Shown: positions 37,133 to 45,272 of the stretch, piece by piece | How the letters are laid out: every line of letters begins with the position of its first letter | How positions within the stretch are numbered: the first letter of the stretch is position 1 | Assembly (NCBI GenBank): GCA_021736475.1 | Contig: JAIPFV010000003.1 | Location: forward strand, 4,724-68,723 | Direction: 5' to 3' | Source of the DNA: Spirochaetia bacterium | GTDB taxonomy: Bacteria > Spirochaetota > Spirochaetia > DSM-16054 > Sediminispirochaetaceae | DNA length: 64,000 nucleotides | Program-made: the position numbers and the translations under genes | Notes under the pieces: model-generated | What the model was told of the DNA's origin: nothing | Databases searched by the model: none | Seen by the model: only the letters and a program-made list of their open reading frames with translations

Positions 37133-37147
37133 GCAATAAGTGTGCCA
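37133..37147 (-). promoter_or_regulatory. Sigma-54 promoter TGGCAC-N5-TTGC (minus strand)
   Basis: The reverse complement reads 'TGGCACACTTATTGCAAT', identical over 18 nt to the plus-strand promoter at 30494. Confidence 0.65.
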
Positions 37148-37387
37148 CCAAGAGACATGACGGCGCGTTTGTGGTCGGAATTTCATTTTGATATACCCAG
37201 AGTTGAGCCGGCTTGCAGAATGAGAGTGCATCTCCGAATAGAGTAGGAGGGTGAGGCATACCGATTGTGTGAGAGTCCTCCCTGCGACACGGAGAGATCT
37301 TGTTATTTATTCCAGTGCAGTAAAATAAAAAATGATATCAGGGGGGGAGACGAATTTTCGCGCATTTCGATTACCGGGGATCCCGCT

Positions 37388-37402
37388 TGGCACGGGCTTT
37401 GC
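37388..37402 (+). promoter_or_regulatory. Sigma-54 promoter TGGCAC-N5-TTGC
   Basis: 'CTTGGCACGGGCTTTGCT' lies about 230 nt upstream of ATG 37633; it is divergent from the 37133-37147 promoter. Confidence 0.65.
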
Positions 37403-37632
37403 TATACAGGGATAGTACATCGAACCGGGCGTCGGCAGAGTGTGTTTCGGCCGCCTGAGCAACGAACCGGTTTTTTTATGCGCATGAGCGGCGCCGCCGC
37501 CCGTGTAGCCGTAATGCCGTCGTGAGCGATCAAAACGATCGCCGCAGGCGGAATGGGAGTGCTGTGCGCTCACCGCAGTCCTGCTCTCATCACTTTTTCA
37601 ATTACAAAAAAACCGGAGGAAGCACTACCACA

Positions 37633-38622
37633 ATGAGCGGAAAAGTATACAGGAAAAGAACAAAAAAAGTTGCCCTGGTCGGCGTTGGAAGAATATCCAA
37701 TCGTCACATAGAGGCCATAGCGTCCGAACCCGGGGTAGAAGTAACCCTGGTATGCGACACCTACGAGGATCTGGCTCGAAAGAAGGCGGGAGAACTCGGG
37801 GTTCCCTACATCACCGACTACCGGCAGATAAGCAAGGTGGCGCCGGAAGTCGACATCGCGGCGGTGCTCACCCCTTCGGGAAATCACCCTACCCATGCAG
37901 CGGAGATCGCCGAGACGACTGATGTGCCGTACATCCTCCTGGAGAAACCCATAAGCCTCACCCTGCGGGAGGCATACGACCTGTTCAACCGGATCGACAG
38001 GGCAGGGAAGGTTCTCCTTCCCGTGTTTCAGAACCGCTACAACCTTCTCGTCTCCTACATAAAGCAGCTCATCGACAGCGGTGTTCTCGGGACGATCTAC
38101 CAGTTCAACTGTAACGTCTTCTGGAACAGGAACAACGGGTACTTTCGCAACAGCTGGCACGGTACTCGGGAGCTCGACGGCGGGGTGCTCTACACCCAGG
38201 CTAGCCATTACGTCGACATGCTCCACTTTTTTTTCGGCGAGCTGGTCGAGAGCAAGGGACTCTGCTCGTCGCTGCGGGGCATGGATGTGCACGACACCGT
38301 CTCGGCGGTCTGCAGGTTTGCCGGCGGTACGGTCGGCTCCCTCAACGCAACCGTCAGCGTGTTCCGAGAGAACTATCTCACCGAGTTCACCCTCATCGCC
38401 GAGAAGGGGACCATTCGCCTCTCGGGAACGAACCTCAACACCATTGCGAACTGGGACGTGGCGGGGATAGAGAAGCCGGACCTGGATTTTTCCATCAACC
38501 ATCAATACGGCCTGGGCCACAACACACTCTACTCCTACATCGCCGGAGAGAAGTGGGCAAAGTTTCCCACACGGCAAGAGATCATATCGGGAATACGGAT
38601 GATGGAGCAGCTGAGCTATTAA
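37633..38622 (+). CDS. wbpB: Gfo/Idh/MocA oxidoreductase, WbpB-like UDP-GlcNAcA 3-dehydrogenase
   Basis: ATG 37633 after GGAGG; 'VALVGVGRISNRH', 'EKPISLTL', 'VFQNRYN', 'WHGTRELDGGVLYTQASHYVDML' parallel the WbpB motifs. Confidence 0.8.
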   Translation: MSGKVYRKRTKKVALVGVGRISNRHIEAIASEPGVEVTLVCDTYEDLARKKAGELGVPYITDYRQISKVAPEVDIAAVLTPSGNHPTHAAEIAETTDVPYILLEKPISLTLREAYDLFNRIDRAGKVLLPVFQNRYNLLVSYIKQLIDSGVLGTIYQFNCNVFWNRNNGYFRNSWHGTRELDGGVLYTQASHYVDMLHFFFGELVESKGLCSSLRGMDVHDTVSAVCRFAGGTVGSLNATVSVFRENYLTEFTLIAEKGTIRLSGTNLNTIANWDVAGIEKPDLDFSINHQYGLGHNTLYSYIAGEKWAKFPTRQEIISGIRMMEQLSY

Positions 38623-38675
38623 ACGTATCGCCGTACAGGCAGGTCGGCCACAACACAAAGGGAGGTGGATACAAT

Positions 38676-39848
38676 ATGAAATTCGTAGACCTAGGACTGC
38701 AGTACTATGCCTACAAGAACGAGATAGATGAGGCGCTGCGAGAGGTCGTCGAGTCCGGCTCGTTCATCAACGGGCCGCAGATTGCCGCTCTCGAGAAAGA
38801 GCTCGCCGAGTTCAGCGGGGCGCGCTACGCCGTAGCCTGCAGCTCCGGTACCGACGCCCTTATGCTGGCTATGTTTGCTTTGGGTGTGAAACCAGGAGAC
38901 GAGATCATCGTACCGGCCTTCTCTTTCATCGCAACCGCGTCGATGGTCTCCTTTCTCGGTGCCATCCCCGTATTTGTAGACGTGGGGCCGGAGAGTTATA
39001 CCATGGATCCTGAGAGGATCGAGGAGAAGATAAGCGAACGGACGAAGGGCATTATTCCCGTTTCCCTCTTCGGGCAGTGCGCCAGGCTCGAGGAGATCGA
39101 GGCCATAGCACGCCGCAACGGACTTTTTGTCCTCGAAGACGGCGCACAGTCCTTCGGGGCTGTCAGGGGAATCGTCGACGGGCCGAGTCACATCGAGCGA
39201 TGCCGGTCCTGCTCCTGCACCGACAGCGACATCGCCGTCACCTCCTTCTTTCCTGCCAAGCCTCTCGGCGGCTACGGGGACGGGGGAGCGGTCTTTACCA
39301 ACGACGCGCAGACTGCCGAGACCCTCCGGAGACTGCGCAACCACGGGCAGGAGAGCCGCTACCGGCACGAGATTATCGGACTAAACGCCCGGATGGACAG
39401 CCTGCAGGCGGCAGTTCTTCTAGTGAAGCTACGCCACTTCTCCGTGGAGATCGAGCGACGTCGCAACGCTGCAGCTATCTACCAGGCCTGCCTCAGCGGG
39501 CTGAGGCAGGTGGAGACGCCGATGCAGGATATACTCAACGAATCAACCTGGGCACAGTATACAATTCGTGTTCCCTACCGCGATAAGGTCCGAGAGGAGC
39601 TCCTGCGGCGAGGAATCCCGAGCGCTGTGCACTATCCTTTGCCTCTGCCTATGCAGAAGGCTTTCGGCGGTTCAGGCCAGAATGTGCGGCGCGGCTACCG
39701 CGTCTCCGAGGAGCTCTCGATGAGCGTTCTTTCCCTGCCCATGCACGCCTTTCTCACCGAAGCCGAGCAGTGTGAGGTCTGCGTGGCCCTCGACGAGGTG
39801 CTCGCCGGCCTGGGCGAAGATGCGATGGCTGAGGTGTCCTATGGATGA
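38676..39848 (+). CDS. wbpE: DegT/DnrJ/EryC1 aminotransferase, WbpE-like
   Basis: 'GAQSFGA', '[22 protein letters not shown]', '[32 protein letters not shown]'; ATG 38676. Confidence 0.88.
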   Translation: MKFVDLGLQYYAYKNEIDEALREVVESGSFINGPQIAALEKELAEFSGARYAVACSSGTDALMLAMFALGVKPGDEIIVPAFSFIATASMVSFLGAIPVFVDVGPESYTMDPERIEEKISERTKGIIPVSLFGQCARLEEIEAIARRNGLFVLEDGAQSFGAVRGIVDGPSHIERCRSCSCTDSDIAVTSFFPAKPLGGYGDGGAVFTNDAQTAETLRRLRNHGQESRYRHEIIGLNARMDSLQAAVLLVKLRHFSVEIERRRNAAAIYQACLSGLRQVETPMQDILNESTWAQYTIRVPYRDKVREELLRRGIPSAVHYPLPLPMQKAFGGSGQNVRRGYRVSEELSMSVLSLPMHAFLTEAEQCEVCVALDEVLAGLGEDAMAEVSYG

Positions 39849-40371
39849 GGAAAAAATGAAGTACTTCCTGCACGAGTCAAGCTACGTCGATGCGGGGGTA
39901 GTGGTGGGAGAAGGAACGAAGATCTGGCATTTTTCCCACATCATGTCCGGGGCTCGCATCGGCCGCAACTGTTCGATCGGGCAGAACGTCAACATCGGCG
40001 GGAAGGCCGTGGTGGGCGACGAGGTGAAGGTGCAGAACAACGTATCCATCTACGACGAGGTGCTAATTGAGGACCGGGTCTTTTGCGGGCCTTCCTGCGT
40101 ATTTACCAACGTCGTCAATCCGCGGGCCTTCGTCGAGCGCAAGGACAAGTACAGGAAGACCCTCGTACGTGAGGGGGCAAGCATTGGGGCGAACGCTACC
40201 ATCGTCTGCGGCGTTACCCTCGGCCGCTATTGCTTAGTCGGGGCGGGGGCGGTTGTCACTAGGGACGTGCCCGACTACGCCCTCGTTTACGGAAGTCCTG
40301 CCCGGATTTGCGGTTGGGTAAATGAGGCGGGCGAGAAAGTAGACAGCCCGCCCGATGAAAAGGAATTATAA
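39841..40371 (+). CDS. wbpD: Left-handed beta-helix (hexapeptide) N-acetyltransferase, WbpD-like
   Basis: Hexapeptide repeats '[31 protein letters not shown]', '[17 protein letters not shown]'; start at 39841 or 39856. Confidence 0.75.
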   Translation: MDEEKMKYFLHESSYVDAGVVVGEGTKIWHFSHIMSGARIGRNCSIGQNVNIGGKAVVGDEVKVQNNVSIYDEVLIEDRVFCGPSCVFTNVVNPRAFVERKDKYRKTLVREGASIGANATIVCGVTLGRYCLVGAGAVVTRDVPDYALVYGSPARICGWVNEAGEKVDSPPDEKEL

Positions 40372-40610
40372 TGAAGAAAAACGTATTATTACATCTGGAT
40401 GAGGAAACCTTAGAGATCGCCTTGCAATTCGCCGAGAGCCACGGGATAAGCCTCAGCGACTACGTGGAGCTGCTTATCGAGGAGTCCGTGACTGTGAGAC
40501 GCAGCAACGAACTGTGGATAAAGGGAACGATAGCCAGGATGCAGGCCCGGGAGATACTGAAGGACATGGATCACTACGATGAAGAGCAGGACGAGTATGG
40601 ACCGATATAA
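40371..40610 (+). CDS. Small hypothetical protein, ribbon-helix-helix-like N-terminus
   Basis: 79-aa ORF; ATG overlaps the wbpD-like stop (TAATG); 'VLLHLDEETLEIALQFAESHGISLSDYVELLIEE' resembles CopG/RHH antitoxin-type folds. Confidence 0.4.
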   Translation: MKKNVLLHLDEETLEIALQFAESHGISLSDYVELLIEESVTVRRSNELWIKGTIARMQAREILKDMDHYDEEQDEYGPI

Positions 40611-41925
40611 GAGCGGAGCCGAAGAGCTCCTTGAACGGATCGAGGGAAACGATATTATTATAGGTATTCTGGGCCTTGGGTATGTAGGCCTGCCCCTGGC
40701 GGTAACCTTTGCCCGGGCCGGCGTGCAGGTTATCGGCTTCGAGAAGAACGCCGAAAAGGCGCAGATGGTCAACCGGGGACAGAACTACATTGCCGATGTG
40801 GATGACTCGGAACTCAGCGAGTGTGTGGAGATAGGGCGGCTCGGAGCTACTACCGACTTTTCCCGCCTCGCGGAGGTGGATGCGGCCATAGTCTGCGTTC
40901 CCTCTCCCCTGGATAAGTTCCGCAAGCCCGATATCTCCTTCATCGAAGCCGCCGGGCGGGATATCGCACGCTACATCAGGCGGGGCCCCGGGGTCTTTAT
41001 CTCTCTCGAGAGTACCACCTATCCCACCACCACCGAGGAGACGATGCTGCCGATTCTCGAGGAGCAGGGGCTCGTCCTCGACCGGGACTTCTGGCTCTGC
41101 TTCTCACCCGAGCGGGTGGACCCGGGCAACAAGAGCTGGAAGACGAAGAACACCCCCAAGGTGGTGGGGGCTCTCGGCGCGGAGGCACAGCGCATCGCCA
41201 TGGCCATCTACGGTCGTGCGGTGGAGAATCTGCATGCAGTTTCCAGTCCCCGGGTGGCGGAGATGGTCAAGATCCTCGAGAACACCTACCGGCTTGTGAA
41301 CATATCGCTAGTCAACGAATTGGCCCTCCTGGCCGGCAAGATGGGCATCGACTTCTGGGAGGTGATCGAGGCGGCAAAAACCAAGCCTTACGGCTTCCAG
41401 CCTTTCTACCCCGGGCCGGGGGTGGGGGGGCACTGCATTCCCCTCGACCCCTTCTACCTCGAGCACATCGCCAGGAACTACGACTTCGACCTGACGATGA
41501 TCGAGACCGCCGGGCGCATCAACACCATCATGCCGCACCGGATGGTCGTCAAGATCATCTTCAGCCTCAACAAGCAGGAAAAGTCCATAAAGGGCTCGCG
41601 GATACTCTTCCTGGGGGTCGCCTACAAGGCGGATATCGGCGACGAGAGGGAGTCTCCGGCACTGGAGATTATAAACGAGGTGTACCGCAAGGGCGGGCTG
41701 GTGGACTACCACGACCCCTACCTGCCGACAATTGCCACCGCCGAAGGGATCGAGCTCGAGAGTGTTGAGCTCAACGAAGAAGTTCTTGCCGGCTACGACT
41801 GCGTGGTGATAACGACGAATCACCGCAGCTTCGACGGTCGCTGGATCGCCGAGCATGCAAAGCTGGTGGTGGACCTGCGAAACGTGGTACCCGCCGGCAT
41901 CAACGACCACGTGTATAGGCTCTAA
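40597..41925 (+). CDS. wbpA: Nucleotide-sugar dehydrogenase, WbpA/WecC-like UDP-GlcNAc 6-dehydrogenase
   Basis: 'IGILGLGYVGLPLAVTFA', 'PGPGVGGHCIPLDPFYL', 'GVAYKADIGDERESPA'. Confidence 0.85.
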   Translation: MDRYKSGAEELLERIEGNDIIIGILGLGYVGLPLAVTFARAGVQVIGFEKNAEKAQMVNRGQNYIADVDDSELSECVEIGRLGATTDFSRLAEVDAAIVCVPSPLDKFRKPDISFIEAAGRDIARYIRRGPGVFISLESTTYPTTTEETMLPILEEQGLVLDRDFWLCFSPERVDPGNKSWKTKNTPKVVGALGAEAQRIAMAIYGRAVENLHAVSSPRVAEMVKILENTYRLVNISLVNELALLAGKMGIDFWEVIEAAKTKPYGFQPFYPGPGVGGHCIPLDPFYLEHIARNYDFDLTMIETAGRINTIMPHRMVVKIIFSLNKQEKSIKGSRILFLGVAYKADIGDERESPALEIINEVYRKGGLVDYHDPYLPTIATAEGIELESVELNEEVLAGYDCVVITTNHRSFDGRWIAEHAKLVVDLRNVVPAGINDHVYRL

Positions 41926-41926
41926 G

Positions 41927-42487
41927 ATGGGACGAATGTACGTACAATGGGCACATTTATCGGCGCTGGTTTTCGCGATACTTGCCGCCTCCTGCGCGGG
42001 AGGACCTGCGGCGGCGGAGCAGAATAAGGGCCGGAGGTCTGCTTACTTGAGCAGAAACTGGCACTACGATGTCATTATTACTAAAGAGGGTACCCGCAGC
42101 GAGGGCCGGATCGGAAGGCTTTCCTACCGGGGCTTCGAGATAGATGGGTACTTCGACACGGTGGTCACTGCCTACGGCTGCTACGTCTTTCGCCGGCGGT
42201 CTCAGCTGTGGGGCTTCGGCGGCTACAGGAGTATAGAACTTCCTGCAGAACCACGTGAGATCAAAGAGAGTTTCTCCGCGGCCGACGCAGAACGGGGCTG
42301 GTATTTTGGTGCTTTGTACGAGCGCAAGAGGGGCACACCGGAGTCCTGGCTCTGCATTTCACGCGAAGGAGCCCTCCCGGGCGGCGAGGATATCGAGGCC
42401 TGGATCTACCCCGAGGACATTGCGGATTTTGTTGAGAGCTTCAGTCTCGAGATCCGTCTGCCGACGGCCGAACCGAAGCGGCGATAG
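41927..42487 (+). CDS. Lipoprotein, unknown function
   Basis: ATG 41927 one base after the wbpA-like stop; lipobox 'ILAASCAGG'. Confidence 0.55.
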   Translation: MGRMYVQWAHLSALVFAILAASCAGGPAAAEQNKGRRSAYLSRNWHYDVIITKEGTRSEGRIGRLSYRGFEIDGYFDTVVTAYGCYVFRRRSQLWGFGGYRSIELPAEPREIKESFSAADAERGWYFGALYERKRGTPESWLCISREGALPGGEDIEAWIYPEDIADFVESFSLEIRLPTAEPKRR

Positions 42488-42490
42488 GAG

Positions 42491-42862
42491 ATGGATATTT
42501 CAATTCGATTAAGCTCCCTTGCTTTCCCGGCCTACGCGGTCCTGCTGCTGTTGGGGACGGTGCTGCCGATAAACCCGAGCGGCTCCGCACTGAATGAGAA
42601 CTACTTCCTGCAGATACGCTGGGACTACCTGCTGCATGGGGCGGTCTACTTTCCGCTTCCGCTCCTGCTGTCCCAGGGCGCCCGGCGCCTGACGGCAGCG
42701 GTATTCCTCTCCCTGGCCATCGCCGCTGTTTTCGAGCTGCTGCAGCTGCCGCTGTCCTACCGGACCTTCAATATCAACGACCTGGCGGCAAACTGTCTCG
42801 GCATCCTGGCGGGTGTACCGATCGCGGCGCTTCTACGGCGTCGTGAAAACCAACAAAAGTGA
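42491..42862 (+). CDS. VanZ-like family membrane protein
   Basis: 123 aa, 4 TM-like segments, 'FNINDLAANCLGILAGV' VanZ-type C-terminal motif. Confidence 0.6.
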   Translation: MDISIRLSSLAFPAYAVLLLLGTVLPINPSGSALNENYFLQIRWDYLLHGAVYFPLPLLLSQGARRLTAAVFLSLAIAAVFELLQLPLSYRTFNINDLAANCLGILAGVPIAALLRRRENQQK

Positions 42863-43002
42863 GGACACGTCCATGAAAGGAATTATTCTTGTATGCGGCA
42901 GGGGCTTTGCCTGGTTGTATACGGGAACACCGCAGAGCATGCTCGAGGCGGGCAAGTTCGTAAAGATTATACAGGAGCGTCAAGGCTTTGTGGTCAGTTC
43001 CA

Positions 43003-44283
43003 ATGCTAAACAGTAACTTTGCCCGAAACGTTGCTATCGTTGCCAGCGGGACCGCTGCGGCCCAGGCCATCGGCATGGCTTTTACCCCGTTTATTACCCG
43101 TTTATACGGACCGGAAGCTTTTGGTTTGCTTGGTGTGTTCACTTCACTGACAGGCGTTTTGGTGCCTGTTGCCGCGCTGACGTATCCGATTGCCATTGTT
43201 CTGCCGAAAGAAGATTCAGATGCACGGGGTATTGCTCGCTTATCTCTCTACATTGCCTTTGTTGTTTCGACACTCGTAGCCGTGGCCCTGTATGTCGGTG
43301 GAGAGAAATTGCTAACCCTGCTGGATTCGCAGACCATTGCCCCGTATGTGATGCTGATTCCCTTGTTTATGCTGTTTGCAGCATGTCAGCAGATTGCCCG
43401 CCAGTGGTTGATTCGGAAAAAACAGTTCAGCATCACTGCCAGAGTCGCGGTTTTGCAGGCATTTATCATTAACAGTGCCAAGTCAGGTTTCGGTTGGTTT
43501 AACCCGGTTGGTGCTGTGCTGATTCTGTTAGCCACGGGCGGCCAGGCATTTCATGCCGCAATGTTATGGATAGGGATTCGCAAGAGTAAACATTATCAAA
43601 ATGGTGAAAAACGTGAATCGACAAGCCTGAAGGTATTAGCAAAAAGGCACCGTGATTTTCCAATCTACAGAATGCCTCAAATGTTGGTTAATTCACTATC
43701 ACTGAGTTTGCCAGTGCTGTTGTTGTCGAGTTTTTTTGGCCCAACAGTTGTGGGTCTTTACACCCTTACGCGGAAAGTACTTTGGATTCCGGTTACCCTG
43801 ATCGGTCAGTCTATATCAACCGTATTTTATCCGCAATTTTCTGAAAAAATAAATTCAGGTAAATGTGGGAAAAACTTACTTGTCAAGTCGTGTATAACTT
43901 TAGGGTTGATAGGTTTTTTTCCTTTCCTTCTGTTGTTTATATTTGGACCTGAACTGTTTTCTCTGGTGTTTGGCCAAGATTGGGATGTCTCAGGTGAATT
44001 TGCACGCTGGATGGCCCTTTGGCTATTTTTTGTGCTGATAACAAGGCCGGTCATCGCTGCAATACCTGTGTTGTCATTACAAGGAGTGTTTCTATTTTTA
44101 GAGTTTTTTGCTTTAATTCTTCGAGCTTCAGCGATTTCCATCGGATATTTTTTAGCAAACTCAGCCATGCTGTCTATAGGTTTATTTAGTCTGGTAAATG
44201 TTTTGGTTTACTTAGTATTAATGGCTATTGTTTTAAGAAAATCAGGTGTAACTCCTGGATGTTCGCATCGGGGTACGGCATAA
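43003..44283 (+). CDS. wzx: Oligosaccharide/O-antigen flippase (Wzx, polysaccharide biosynthesis protein family)
   Basis: 'NFARNVAIVASGTAAAQAIGMAFTPFITRLYGPEAFG' typical Wzx N-terminus; about 12 TM segments. Confidence 0.75.
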   Translation: MLNSNFARNVAIVASGTAAAQAIGMAFTPFITRLYGPEAFGLLGVFTSLTGVLVPVAALTYPIAIVLPKEDSDARGIARLSLYIAFVVSTLVAVALYVGGEKLLTLLDSQTIAPYVMLIPLFMLFAACQQIARQWLIRKKQFSITARVAVLQAFIINSAKSGFGWFNPVGAVLILLATGGQAFHAAMLWIGIRKSKHYQNGEKRESTSLKVLAKRHRDFPIYRMPQMLVNSLSLSLPVLLLSSFFGPTVVGLYTLTRKVLWIPVTLIGQSISTVFYPQFSEKINSGKCGKNLLVKSCITLGLIGFFPFLLLFIFGPELFSLVFGQDWDVSGEFARWMALWLFFVLITRPVIAAIPVLSLQGVFLFLEFFALILRASAISIGYFLANSAMLSIGLFSLVNVLVYLVLMAIVLRKSGVTPGCSHRGTA

Positions 44284-44639
44284 ATAATTGGTGCAAAACA
44301 TTTCATTGACGAGGATTAATGACACAAGTCAATTCATAATATTGAAAAGCAGCGTTATATGGAAAAGGACTATGCTGGAGAAGGCTATTTTCAAGATCCC
44401 TTCATTGCGAAATTTACCGGTACAGGAGTAGCTAAATTTGGCTGCTCTAAGATTATTGACGATCGAATTTTCCGAGCATGTGATTGCTTTTGGCAGCTTG
44501 AAGTAGAAATAACTTCGCCATCTGGCAGATGATAAAAGAGAACTCAAAGCGGCAGCGTGTGTGTTAAGCTCGTGGAGCTGATTCAAGTAAGCACAAGTGA
44601 TTGCTCAGAATTTATGATACCTTATTCAGGAGGCAAACT

Positions 44640-45053
44640 ATGGCTGAACAATCCTATAAAATTGATTTTGACGGTTATTGGCGTGAGCCAAACAAGAAAG
44701 GGGTTCCCTCTAAATCTGGCATATACTGCGTTTATGCGTGTACACATAATTCTCAAGAAAAAACAGTAAGCATTCGTAAACTGATATATATCGGAGAATC
44801 AGACAATGTAGTTGCGCGCATTGCTGATCATGAAAAACAATCTGACTGGGAGAGTCATCTGAAATCAGTCGAACAACTCTGCTATAGTTTCGGTCCAGTT
44901 AATCGCGCTTCCCGTGAACGCTGCGAAGCCGCACTTATTTTCAAGCACAAACCACCGGAAAACATCGAATATATCAATTCATTTCCTTATGACCGAACAA
45001 CCATGAATTTGAGGGGAAAAATAGCTTTGCTTGATCCGTCATTCGCTGTATAG
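44640..45053 (+). CDS. Hypothetical protein with GIY-YIG-like motif arrangement
   Basis: AGGAGG RBS; 'SGIYCVY ... LIYIGESDNVVARI ... CEAALI'. The spacing between GIY and YIG is longer than canonical. Confidence 0.4.
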   Translation: MAEQSYKIDFDGYWREPNKKGVPSKSGIYCVYACTHNSQEKTVSIRKLIYIGESDNVVARIADHEKQSDWESHLKSVEQLCYSFGPVNRASRERCEAALIFKHKPPENIEYINSFPYDRTTMNLRGKIALLDPSFAV

Positions 45054-45272
45054 TCAATCTGTGTATCCCCCTGTGTCAGGTACATGCTAGGTGTGGCTTG
45101 TTTTCAGTTGATGTTGACGACAACCCCACCCGCATCAAGTAACTTGAATTTTCAGATGCTCATCGTTATCTGCTCTCAGTGATCATGAAAATCTCCCCCG
45201 TGTTACAGACCTGAATCCTCTTCTATCCGGCTTAAATCTGGGCTTATGAATATTGCGAGGTAGAAAAAAAGA

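Noticed and set aside
37570-38658. 362-aa ORF antisense to the WbpB-like gene
   Set aside because: The plus-strand frame carries clear Gfo/Idh/MocA and WbpB motifs and a GGAGG RBS. The antisense product has no recognisable features.
42896-42910. Sigma-54-like motif CGGCAGGGGCTTTGC upstream of wzx, resembling the 37388 promoter
   Set aside because: It deviates at two -24 region positions (C for T, G for C). It also lies inside what looks like a nucleotidyltransferase gene remnant, so it is not confident enough to call a promoter.
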